Made by a program: the position numbers and the translations under genes
The notes under the pieces: model-generated
What the model saw: only the letters and a program-made list of their open reading frames with translations
What the model was told of the DNA's origin: nothing
Database searches by the model: none
Source: an uncultured Lentimicrobiaceae bacterium
Lineage (GTDB): Bacteria > Bacteroidota > Bacteroidia > Bacteroidales > WCHB1-69
Reading direction: 5' to 3'
Length of the DNA: 48,791 nt
NCBI GenBank assembly: GCA_964632815.1
Contig: CAZWCI010000001.1
Location: 5,658-54,448, forward strand
Shown here: positions 17,142-26,002 of the stretch, piece after piece
How positions within the stretch are numbered: position 1 is the first letter of the stretch
Layout of the letters: each line of letters starts with the position of its first letter

Positions 17142-17942
17142 ATGTATTTAGATGTTGATGCAACTTTAAAACAAAAAAATCCCAAACTGCATAAATGGTT
17201 GCCCTCTTTTGTGATAAAATTTATTGAACGTATTATCCATCAAAAAGAGATGAATCAATATCTTGCGCAACATCAAGGAGAGTCATCAATAAAGTTTGCT
17301 CAAGATTTTTTGAAATCTTTTGATGTGAATATCAATATTATTCAGGAAGAAAATATCCCGCGCACCGGAAGATATATTGTAGTGTCGAATCATCCTTTAG
17401 GAGGATTCGATGGGATTGCCCTTATTTCCATTGTGGGGAAGTATCGTGATGATATCAAGTTCCCTGTGAATGATATCCTTTTAAATTTTAATCAATTAAA
17501 AGAGGTTTTTATTCCAATAAATAAACATGGACAAAATAGTCAAGAAGCAGTAAAACAGCTTAATGAAGTTTTTGCCTCGGATGAATTGATATTTTATTTC
17601 CCTGCCGGATTGTGTTCCAGAAAACAAAATGGCGTTATTTGTGATATGGAATGGAAGAAAACGGTTATTTCAAAAGCAAAGCAATATCAACGAGATATCA
17701 TTCCTGTCTATTTTAAAGGTGAAAATTCTGCTCGATTTTATAATTTAGCTAATTTTAGAAAGAAAATAGGCTTGAAATTTAATATAGAAATGTTATTTTT
17801 ACCGGATGAAATGTTTCGACAACGAGGTAAAACTTTTGAGATAAAATTCGGAGAGCCGATTTCGTATCAAACTTTTGATTCTTCTAAAAATGATCGCCAA
17901 TGGGCAGCGTGGTTAAAAGAACAAGTTTATGCACTTAAATAA
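17142..17942 (+). CDS. glsA: Lysophospholipid/PlsC-type O-acyltransferase (OlsA/GlsA-like)
   Basis: 266 aa. The PlsC-family HX4D-type motif is VVSNHPLGGFDG, with FPAG further downstream. It sits immediately upstream of an OlsB-type N-acyltransferase gene. Confidence 0.6.
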   Translation: MYLDVDATLKQKNPKLHKWLPSFVIKFIERIIHQKEMNQYLAQHQGESSIKFAQDFLKSFDVNINIIQEENIPRTGRYIVVSNHPLGGFDGIALISIVGKYRDDIKFPVNDILLNFNQLKEVFIPINKHGQNSQEAVKQLNEVFASDELIFYFPAGLCSRKQNGVICDMEWKKTVISKAKQYQRDIIPVYFKGENSARFYNLANFRKKIGLKFNIEMLFLPDEMFRQRGKTFEIKFGEPISYQTFDSSKNDRQWAAWLKEQVYALK

Positions 17943-17954
17943 ATATTGAGATAC

Positions 17955-18878
17955 ATGAAGAATATAATTGAACCGGTTGACAGAAAACTACTTAGGGCTG
18001 AACTTACTAAAGATAAAATGTTGCGGAGAACCAATGCGGGTGAAAATGTCATCTATATGATTGATGCCCATAATTCTCCCAATATGATGCTTGAAATAGG
18101 CCGGTTGAGAGAATATACTTTTCGCATGGCCGGTGGTGGAACAGGGAATGAGGTGGATATTGATGATTATGACACTGCTCCAATTCCATTTAAACAACTC
18201 ATCGTTTGGAATGAGGAAAATGAAGAACTCATTAGTGCATACCGATTTATTCTTGGAAAAGATGTGCCGTTGGATGAAAATGGGTATCCGCATACCCCAA
18301 CTTCTAAATTATTTAATTTTTCGCCTCAGTTTATTCAAAATCAATGGCAAAAAACAATCGAATTGGGAAGAAGTTTTGTTCAACCCAAATACCAGGCTAC
18401 CGTTAGTCTGCGATTGGGACTCTTTTCGCTTGATAATATTTGGGACGGCTTAGGAACGCTCATTGTAGATTATCCCGAAATGGATTATTTCTTTGGTAAA
18501 ATGACGATGTATGATAGCTATAATCGCATGGCCAGAAATATGATTCTTAATTTTCTTGAAAGGCACTTCAAAGGAGATGAATCTTTAGTCGCACCTTTTG
18601 AACCGGTTTCTCTTGAACGAGAAAAACGAGGAGTTAAAGCTTTCTTTAATAATTCTTTAGCCGAAGATTTTAAACTTCTGAATAAAAATATTCGCGATTT
18701 GAAAGAGACAATTCCTCCTTTAATTAAAACTTATATATCTTTGTCTCCTACGATGCAATATTTCGGAGCATCTGCCAATAAAGAGTTTGGAGAAGTTGAA
18801 GAAATTGCAATTCTAATCACGATTCGTGATATTTATGATGAGAAGAAAAAGAGGCATGTAGACTCTTATCGCAAATAA
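17955..18878 (+). CDS. glsB: GNAT-fold N-acyltransferase, OlsB/hemolysin-like (GlsB-like, amino-acid lipid synthesis)
   Basis: The track start at 17946 is TTG, and the first ATG is at 17955. The protein contains LEIGRLREYTFRMAGGGTGNEVDIDDYD...YRFILG...IELGRSFV, typical of OlsB-family N-acyl amino acid synthases. It is paired with the PlsC-type gene. Confidence 0.6.
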   Translation: MKNIIEPVDRKLLRAELTKDKMLRRTNAGENVIYMIDAHNSPNMMLEIGRLREYTFRMAGGGTGNEVDIDDYDTAPIPFKQLIVWNEENEELISAYRFILGKDVPLDENGYPHTPTSKLFNFSPQFIQNQWQKTIELGRSFVQPKYQATVSLRLGLFSLDNIWDGLGTLIVDYPEMDYFFGKMTMYDSYNRMARNMILNFLERHFKGDESLVAPFEPVSLEREKRGVKAFFNNSLAEDFKLLNKNIRDLKETIPPLIKTYISLSPTMQYFGASANKEFGEVEEIAILITIRDIYDEKKKRHVDSYRK

Positions 18879-18885
18879 TCAGAGA

Positions 18886-19635
18886 TTAATCAATACTTCT
18901 TTTTTGGGGAGTCAATTCCCTATCTTTAGGAGCACTTAATTTCGGAACAGTTTTTTTAGCTGGTCGAACAAGAGAGGAACGTTGTGTGCTTAATAAAGAA
19001 AGAAGTACTTCTTTATATTGCTTACATGCAGCAACTAAATTATCATCAGCTTGTTCTGTGGACATGCCATAAACCACAAAAGGAGTTCTCCATTCCATTC
19101 CTGAATAGGTGGCCATAAGTTGGTAAGGACGCAAGAGTTCGTCCATGGTGAACATATTTCTTCCGCCTGATCTGTAAGCACTTTCTTCAGAACCGGTCGT
19201 GGTCACAACCAACAAAGGTTTGTCCCGAATAATCTCTTTTTGAGAAAAAGTATAAAAGACTTCGTCTATCCATTTTTTCATTTGCGAAGGAGCTGATGCA
19301 AAATAAAATGGAAATTGCAATACGATTGCAGACGCTTCACTTACAATTTGAGTGTGTTCTTCAAGGTTGAAATCTTTTTTAGGATTTATATAAAGATCAA
19401 CAACTCTTACAGATGGCATTAAACGAGCTTCAGCCAATAACGCTGCATTCGCTTTAGATTCTTTTAAAGAGGGATGGGCTACAAAAATAACAATGCTTCC
19501 GTTTTTGTTATTATTTGGATTGGATTGTACCTGTGTTGCTTGCGGTTGTTTGTAACTCCCTGAATTTTGAGCAGAAACAAAAACTTGCCCAATCATACAA
19601 ATGGCGACTAAGATAAAGAATGTCTGTTTTTTCAT
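18886..19635 (-). CDS. Flavodoxin-like-fold NAD(P)H dehydrogenase family protein (Flavodoxin_2/KefF/MdaB-like) with apparent N-terminal signal peptide
   Basis: 249 aa. It starts MKKQTFFILVAICMIGQVFVSAQ followed by a Q/N-rich linker. The core reads IVIFVAHPSLKESKANAALL...ASAIVLQFPFYFASAPSQMKKWIDEVF. The C-terminal tail is basic and P/K-rich. Confidence 0.6.
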   Translation of the reverse strand: MKKQTFFILVAICMIGQVFVSAQNSGSYKQPQATQVQSNPNNNKNGSIVIFVAHPSLKESKANAALLAEARLMPSVRVVDLYINPKKDFNLEEHTQIVSEASAIVLQFPFYFASAPSQMKKWIDEVFYTFSQKEIIRDKPLLVVTTTGSEESAYRSGGRNMFTMDELLRPYQLMATYSGMEWRTPFVVYGMSTEQADDNLVAACKQYKEVLLSLLSTQRSSLVRPAKKTVPKLSAPKDRELTPQKRSID

Positions 19636-19707
19636 AGTTTTATTTTCTATTCTATAAATATATTTTTCAAATGGAAATGAATATGCAAAAATAGAGTTTT
19701 TTTTAAT

Positions 19708-20721
19708 TTAACAAGCTCCCCGAAGAATTCTGTATCGGAAAAGAAATTCTATGGATATGAAAATTAATGCCAAAATCAAGAAAATTGCAAATTCATCTGT
19801 TTTATTCTCAAATACAGTTTCACTGATTTTGGTCTTTTCCATCTGATCTATTTCTGTGTAAACGTTTTTTAGTTTTTGGTTATTTGTTGCTCTAAAATAT
19901 TCTCCTCCGGTATTAAGTGCAATTGTTTGTAATAGATTTTCATCCAACTCTGTTTTCATATAAACCGGACCGAATGGTGTTGGATATGGAGCTTGTCCGT
20001 TGTTTGTGCCGCAGCCGATAGTGTAGACTTTGATTCCAAATTCTTTAGCCATTTCTGCCGATGAATAGGGATCAAGATAACCGGCATTGTTGACCCCGTC
20101 AGAAAGTAAAATGATGATTTTGCTTTTAGCTTCACTATCACGTAAACGATTGATAGAGATTCCTAATCCGTCTCCAATAGCAGTTCCGTCTTCTACAATA
20201 TCAAATGTAACCTTTTTTAAGAGACCTAATAACGTGTTGTGATCTGAAGTCAGCGGACACTGAGTATAGGCCTCTCCGGCGTATACGACCAATCCGATTC
20301 GGTCATTGGGGCGTCCTTCAATAAATTCAATGGCAACCTTCTTAGATGCTTCCAGTCGGTTTGGAGAAAAATCCATCATCTTCATACTTCCTGAAATATC
20401 AAGTGCCAATACAATATCAACTCCCTCAACGTCAATTTGATTCCGACGGAGTGCAGATTGTGGACGTGCCAAAGCAAAAACAATACAGATAATAGCCATT
20501 ATCCTGAAAAATAACGGGAGCCATGAAAATTTTTGCTTCCAACTCTTTTTGTTTCCTTCAAAAGCTTGCGTGGTTGATAGATACATACCCGGTCGTATCT
20601 TGTGCCGTTTCCATATTTGCCATCCAATGATTGGAATAATAATTAATAAAAGCAAGAAATAATAAGGATCTGCAAATGAAATTTCATGAAAAATTGTCCG
20701 AAAATTTGAAAGAAAATTCAT
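19708..20721 (-). CDS. batA: VWA-domain aerotolerance protein BatA
   Basis: 337 aa with two N-terminal TM helices. The VWA MIDAS motif is LALDISGSM, with GTAIGDGL further on, and there is a C-terminal TM helix. This is the standard BatA layout. Confidence 0.8.
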   Translation of the reverse strand: MNFLSNFRTIFHEISFADPYYFLLLLIIIPIIGWQIWKRHKIRPGMYLSTTQAFEGNKKSWKQKFSWLPLFFRIMAIICIVFALARPQSALRRNQIDVEGVDIVLALDISGSMKMMDFSPNRLEASKKVAIEFIEGRPNDRIGLVVYAGEAYTQCPLTSDHNTLLGLLKKVTFDIVEDGTAIGDGLGISINRLRDSEAKSKIIILLSDGVNNAGYLDPYSSAEMAKEFGIKVYTIGCGTNNGQAPYPTPFGPVYMKTELDENLLQTIALNTGGEYFRATNNQKLKNVYTEIDQMEKTKISETVFENKTDEFAIFLILALIFISIEFLFRYRILRGAC

Positions 20722-20741
20722 CTCTGTGTCTATTTGAATAC

Positions 20742-21674
20742 TTAATTAGAATTATTGTCTGCTTCTGCTGTTTCGGAAATAAATAGGTGTGCGTTCTTGA
20801 AACTGGTGTCATGATCATTCGGTAAAGGCTCAGACTTTGCAAATTTTACTAAATCAGCTGTAGTAAATAAAAAATGAAGTTTATTTAAAAGGTCTTTATT
20901 GATGCCTATCTTTTCTGATTGTTCTAAGATCTCTGCTGAAGTCATTTCCATCGCATCAATATCCCAACGATCTTTATAGTATGTTCTTACAATATCAGTC
21001 AATTCTGAATAATATAATTTAACCTGACCTTCCTGCCATAATTTACGTAACCTTAATTTCTCCAATTTTTTTAAAGCTATAATGTGTGCTTTTTCTTTAG
21101 GTTTTGTGGAAACTTTTGTAGGTTTGGATGACCTTTTTTTGCCATATTTTATAAAAAACCATATAAATAATACGATAAATATAATGATTCCTAGACCAAT
21201 AAGTAGATAGGGGAGTAACTCTTTGAATGTTATCGGGACTTTTGCCATCGGTTTAATGCCTTTAATCGCCAAAGTGGTATCAACGGGAAGAGTTGTGATT
21301 GTGAATAAAATAGAATCTGATTGTGCCAAGAGCATTGAATCCGTTGAGAAAAGTTGTAAAGCAGGGAATTGATATTGTCCGGTATCGAAAGCCGTGACAG
21401 TTATTGTTTGTCTAAATTGAGTCCGTGTTGCTTCATGAATTGTGTCAATAGAAGACTTCTCAATAAATTCCAATACTCCTAATTGCGTTTCTGTGACTTG
21501 CGGAAAAATGAACGAAGCATTATTCGGAACAGTGATTAATAAATGAAATTTAAGATAATCCCCGATTAAATATTTTGAACTATCAAGTTGCGTAGAAATG
21601 GAATAGAATTGTCCAAAACTTAAACCTGCTGAGAAAATAAATAATATTATTATAATCAGTCTTTTATATTTCAT
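20742..21674 (-). CDS. Membrane protein, BatD-N-terminal-like exported domain + TM + DUF4381-like cytoplasmic region (tentative)
   Basis: The track start at 21698 is TTG. The ATG at 21674 gives the signal peptide MKYKRLIIIILFIFSAGLSFGQ. A central TM helix (LLIGLGIIIFIVLFIWFFI) is followed by a K-rich linker and a helical region (ALKKLEKL...YYSELTDIVRTYY...ADLVKFAK). It lies directly upstream of batA. Confidence 0.5.
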   Translation of the reverse strand: MKYKRLIIIILFIFSAGLSFGQFYSISTQLDSSKYLIGDYLKFHLLITVPNNASFIFPQVTETQLGVLEFIEKSSIDTIHEATRTQFRQTITVTAFDTGQYQFPALQLFSTDSMLLAQSDSILFTITTLPVDTTLAIKGIKPMAKVPITFKELLPYLLIGLGIIIFIVLFIWFFIKYGKKRSSKPTKVSTKPKEKAHIIALKKLEKLRLRKLWQEGQVKLYYSELTDIVRTYYKDRWDIDAMEMTSAEILEQSEKIGINKDLLNKLHFLFTTADLVKFAKSEPLPNDHDTSFKNAHLFISETAEADNNSN

Positions 21675-21850
21675 CGATTTTCCTTTTTTTTGGTGCAAAA
21701 ATATATTTTTTTAAGCAAAAAAACAACTACATATCATTGTGAACGTAAGAAAATCAATGATATTGAATATAAATCTCTTTTTTTATTTTTTTTGGTTTAA
21801 TTATTTATTTTAATTATACTTGCAATAATTATTCACCAAAAATTATAATT

Positions 21851-22798
21851 ATGAAAAAAATTTATCTTTTTTTAATTGCCATGATGACCATTACGATAGG
21901 ATGGTCACAAACAGTAGTTTTTAGCGATAATTTTGATTCTTACACTGCCGGAGGAATGTTGGCGGCGCAAAATCCTACAAATTGGACAACATGGAGCGAA
22001 ACTCCGGGTGGAAGTGATGATGCAACTATTTCCACCGATATCGCAGTTTCTACACCTAATTCTCTGAAAATTACCGGAACTAACGACATTATTTATCCTT
22101 TTGGAAATCTGACAACAGGTCACTATTTGGTATCTTTTAAGTGGTATGTTGTAGCCAGCGGAAATGGTGCTTATTTCAATATGCTGCATACGTTGGCAGG
22201 AACATCAAGTGAATGGGCATTTGAATGTTATATGGATGCTACCGGAAATGGAGTTCTTTATTTGCAGGACGTTCAGAATCCGTTTACTTTTATGCCTAAT
22301 ACATGGATGGATGTTCAATTGGATGTTAATCTGGATTTGGATACTATTATGTTAACTATTGCCGGAAATCAAATTAAAAAGTGGCAATTTAGTAGTCTTG
22401 CTGCCGCTACAGGGCAAGGTATCAAACGTCTTGCTGCTATAAATTTCTATGCAGGATGTCTTGATAATTTGACCGGAGGTACTAACTTTGGGACCTATTA
22501 TGTAGACGATTTTTCAGTAATAGACCAACAACAATCCTCTTCAATTGAAACTCCTACATACGCTAATGTATTTCTTGGTCCCAATCCCGCGGGGAATTCA
22601 TTTTCGGTTAACACAACTGGTTTCGTTGGGACTCAAGAACTATTATTGTATGATATGTCAGGGAAACTATTGAAATCCGAATTACTACAAAATGGTGTCA
22701 ATTCGATTAATGTAGAACATTTCTCTGCCGGATTTTATTTGATTAAAGTTCTTCAAGACGAGCAAACGATTTATACGGCAAAATTAATCAAAAAATAG
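21851..22798 (+). CDS. Secreted protein with LamG/concanavalin-like N-terminal domain and T9SS type-A C-terminal sorting domain
   Basis: 315 aa with a signal peptide. The C terminus FLGPNPAGNSFSVNT...LLLYDMSGKLLKSELLQNG...INVEHFSAGFYLIKVLQDEQTIYTAKLIKK is a typical Por-secretion CTD. Confidence 0.8.
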   Translation: MKKIYLFLIAMMTITIGWSQTVVFSDNFDSYTAGGMLAAQNPTNWTTWSETPGGSDDATISTDIAVSTPNSLKITGTNDIIYPFGNLTTGHYLVSFKWYVVASGNGAYFNMLHTLAGTSSEWAFECYMDATGNGVLYLQDVQNPFTFMPNTWMDVQLDVNLDLDTIMLTIAGNQIKKWQFSSLAAATGQGIKRLAAINFYAGCLDNLTGGTNFGTYYVDDFSVIDQQQSSSIETPTYANVFLGPNPAGNSFSVNTTGFVGTQELLLYDMSGKLLKSELLQNGVNSINVEHFSAGFYLIKVLQDEQTIYTAKLIKK

Positions 22799-22960
22799 CT
22801 TTTTCTTCTTGCGGAAGTGAAGCATTGAACAATAAATTTGTATTGTGTGTTTTATTTATGTTATCTTATTTATTTAAGATAAATTATTTTTAATGTTTTA
22901 TTATGAATAGTTTATTTTAATTAATGGCGATTTTAATGTTGAATTTTAAAAGAAAATAAA

Positions 22961-23401
22961 ATGAAAGCGATAATTAAAAAAATATTTCATCCTGGAATTA
23001 ATACCTATTTTGAATCAATTGGATTATTAGTGGTTCGTATTGTTATTGGGGCGTTTATGTTGACTCACGGAATCGGAAAACTGATGATGTTGTTGGGAGG
23101 GGATTCAACAATGTTCCCTGATCCATTGGGAATAGGAGCAAGCGCTTCTCTATTCTTGATTGTATTGGCGGAGTTTGTATGCTCTATTTTCTTAATCTTT
23201 GGCGTAGCTACGCGCTTGTCAGCATTTCCTTTGTTGGTAGGAATGTTGGTAGCAGGATTAATTGTCCATGGAGCAGATCCTTTTGCATCAAAAGAATTAT
23301 CCTTACTCTACGGCTCCGTTTATTTAATGTTGATTTTTACCGGACCCGGAAAATATTCGATAGATCAATTGATCTTTACTGCTTTGGACAAGAAAAGATA
23401 G
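22961..23401 (+). CDS. DoxX-family membrane protein
   Basis: 146 aa with four hydrophobic helices. LLVVRIVIGAFMLTHGIGKL is the DoxX signature region. Confidence 0.75.
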   Translation: MKAIIKKIFHPGINTYFESIGLLVVRIVIGAFMLTHGIGKLMMLLGGDSTMFPDPLGIGASASLFLIVLAEFVCSIFLIFGVATRLSAFPLLVGMLVAGLIVHGADPFASKELSLLYGSVYLMLIFTGPGKYSIDQLIFTALDKKR

Positions 23402-23426
23402 ATTGAAAAGGAGAAAATGGTTTGTA

Positions 23427-23951
23427 TTAACTTACTTCCATTAATTGGGAAGTAAAGTTCTTGCCATCGTAGAACAATCTGTAATTTTCACCCTCTTTAG
23501 TATAATAAATTACCTTGAAGTTATTGATTGTTGTATCAGGTCCTAAATCTGGGTAGATTACGCCGCATTCATTATATAAAATATTGAATTGAACACTATC
23601 TTTGAGAATAATATAGATGTTATTCCCACAAGTGCCGGATAAACAATTTAATTCCATGAAAAAATAGCCGGACAAGGAATCTTGAAGATAATCATGCGTA
23701 ATTTCGCAACCTTCTATAAGGCAATCATAAGTATGCAAAAAATCTGCATTTATTGCTGCAGAGTCTCTTAACATTTCAGAAAGAATGATGCCGTTTGAAA
23801 TGTAAAAGTCAAATAAAGCGTCAACTGAAGCTGTATCTTCCGGATTAAAGGAAACCAAAACTTCTGGTGTTTGTTTTTCTTTTTGATGACAACTTACAAA
23901 ACAAAATAAGGATAAAGCACTCAATAATACAAAACAAAAAATTTTCTTCAT
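23427..23951 (-). CDS. Hypothetical lipoprotein
   Basis: The internal ATG at 23951 gives MKKIFCFVLLSALSLFCFVSC, a lipobox-like signal. I recognise no family. Confidence 0.5.
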   Translation of the reverse strand: MKKIFCFVLLSALSLFCFVSCHQKEKQTPEVLVSFNPEDTASVDALFDFYISNGIILSEMLRDSAAINADFLHTYDCLIEGCEITHDYLQDSLSGYFFMELNCLSGTCGNNIYIILKDSVQFNILYNECGVIYPDLGPDTTINNFKVIYYTKEGENYRLFYDGKNFTSQLMEVS

Positions 23952-23955
23952 GATG

Positions 23956-24816
23956 TTATATTCTATCAAGAACGGTTTGAATTAATTTTTCAACGTATGG
24001 TTTATAATCTTTTGAGAAATCTTTAGTGACCCTATTAGCAATAGCAACACAAACAGTAAGTGCTTTATGTCCCAACATTCTACTTAATCCGTATAATGCT
24101 GAGGTTTCCATTTCCAGGTTGGTAATTCTCTTGCCTTGGTAATTAAATTGTTCAATTTTTCCATTGAGTTCAGGATATTTTAATTTCCCGCGAAGTTCTC
24201 TACCTTGAGGGCCATAAAAGCCGCCGGCACTTGCTGTAATGCCGTGAACCATATCAAAACCGATTTTTTCCATTAATCCAGAATCCCCCTCAACACAATA
24301 AGGATAAGGCAATCTTTCATTCCAACCGGTTTGGGCAACAAAAGCTTCAACCAATGCTTCATCCGAAATATTTTTATAATCATAAAAATGTAACAAGCCA
24401 TCAAAACCAAAACCGGCTTCAGAAGCAATAAATGAATTAACAGGAATATCAGGCTGCAACGCACCGCAAGTGCCAATTCGAACAATATTGAAATTACGAC
24501 CGGTCTCTTTAATCTCTCTGGTTTTAAGATCTATGTTCGCTAAAGCATCTAATTCATTGAGGACAATGTCAATATTATCAGTTCCCATGCCTGTTGACAA
24601 AACTGATATTTTCTTTCCTTTGTAACTGCCCGTATGGGTGAAAATTTCACGATTTTCTCGTTTTACGTCAATATGGTCAAAATGAGCAGAAACTTTCTCA
24701 ACCCTATTCGGATCTCCAACTACAATAATGTTATCGGCAATTTCATCGGGAAATAGATTTAGATGATATACAGCTCCGGAGGGTTGAAGCGGAAGTTCAG
24801 AATCTTTAATTTTCAT
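23956..24816 (-). CDS. Nucleoside phosphorylase, PNP/UDP-1 family (uridine/purine nucleoside phosphorylase-like)
   Basis: 286 aa. Family motifs are IIVVGDPNRV, LSTGMGTDNIDIVLNEL, VRIGTCGAL and EMETSALYGL. Confidence 0.75.
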   Translation of the reverse strand: MKIKDSELPLQPSGAVYHLNLFPDEIADNIIVVGDPNRVEKVSAHFDHIDVKRENREIFTHTGSYKGKKISVLSTGMGTDNIDIVLNELDALANIDLKTREIKETGRNFNIVRIGTCGALQPDIPVNSFIASEAGFGFDGLLHFYDYKNISDEALVEAFVAQTGWNERLPYPYCVEGDSGLMEKIGFDMVHGITASAGGFYGPQGRELRGKLKYPELNGKIEQFNYQGKRITNLEMETSALYGLSRMLGHKALTVCVAIANRVTKDFSKDYKPYVEKLIQTVLDRI

Positions 24817-24947
24817 GATATTTCTTTTTTAATAAATTTTATAATAAATCAAAAATTTGTATAACTAAGTTGAAAAGGACTGCAAAGTTAGTAAAAAAAA
24901 CGGATTAAGAAGTTGATTTTTTATGAGCAAGATTGAAAAAAAAAAGC

Positions 24948-24955
24948 TACCTTTG
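24948..24955 (+). promoter_or_regulatory. -7 promoter box (TAnnTTTG) for prs
   Basis: TACCTTTG lies 46 nt upstream of the ATG at 25001. Confidence 0.5.
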
Positions 24956-25000
24956 CAAAATCAATATTAGTTTAAATAAAACATTAATAATCATTTATTT

Positions 25001-25972
25001 ATGAAAGAAGAATTTGCGATTGTTGCGGGTAGGGCCAGCATCGAATTGGCAAAAAAGATTTCAAATTATCTTGGTGTCCCAATTTCAAAAACTGTAATTG
25101 AACAATTTAAAGACGGAGAGATTCAAGCAAATTATGATGAAACAATTCGAGGGAAACACGTTTTTATTATTCAATCTACTTTTGCTCCTGCCGAAAATAT
25201 AATGGAGTTACTCATGCTTGTTGATGCAGCTAAAAGAGCTTCTGCAGATAAAATTATTGCAGTTATTCCTTATTTTGGTTATGCCCGTCAAGATCGAAAG
25301 GATAAATCCAGAACATCTATCGGTGCAAAACTAATGGCTAATCTTTTGACGGCTGCCGGAGTTGATAGATTGATTACCATAGATTTACATGCAGATCAAA
25401 TTCAGGGATTTTTTGAATTTCCTGTAGATCATTTATATGCATCTACTGTTTTTCTTCCTTATATAATGAATCAAAAATTCAAAGAATTATGTATGGTATC
25501 TCCGGATACTGGTGGCACCAAAAGAGCGGTTTCGTATTCCAAATGGCTTGGATGTGACTTTGCTATAGGTTATAAACAAAGAGTAAAAGCGAATGAAGTG
25601 GAAAGTCTCCAAATTATCGGTGATGTCTTTAATAAAGATGTTATTATTATTGATGATATAATTGATACCGGAGGCACGATTTGTAGAGCTGCTCAAAGAA
25701 TCAAAGAACTGGGGGCAAAAAGTGTTATGGCGATGTGTACCCATGCAGTATTATCGGATAATGCAATGGATAAACTTGAAAATTCAGTGCTCGATAAAAT
25801 TATCGTTACAGATTCCATCCCATTGAAAAGGCAATCTTCCAAATTTGAAGTGATTTCAGTTTCCTACATTTTTGCAGAAGTAATTAGAAGTGTCTTAGAA
25901 CATACTTCAATTTCATCTCATTTTGAAGTGGTGAAAAGTGTTGTTGAAATGGCAACTCACCCGGACCAATAG
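25001..25972 (+). CDS. prs: Ribose-phosphate pyrophosphokinase
   Basis: 323 aa. Motifs are VIPYFGYARQDRK, TIDLHADQIQGFF and the PRPP-binding loop IIDDIIDTGGT. Confidence 0.92.
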   Translation: MKEEFAIVAGRASIELAKKISNYLGVPISKTVIEQFKDGEIQANYDETIRGKHVFIIQSTFAPAENIMELLMLVDAAKRASADKIIAVIPYFGYARQDRKDKSRTSIGAKLMANLLTAAGVDRLITIDLHADQIQGFFEFPVDHLYASTVFLPYIMNQKFKELCMVSPDTGGTKRAVSYSKWLGCDFAIGYKQRVKANEVESLQIIGDVFNKDVIIIDDIIDTGGTICRAAQRIKELGAKSVMAMCTHAVLSDNAMDKLENSVLDKIIVTDSIPLKRQSSKFEVISVSYIFAEVIRSVLEHTSISSHFEVVKSVVEMATHPDQ

Positions 25973-26002
25973 AGTAATTATGAATTTATAAATATATCGT
26001 GT

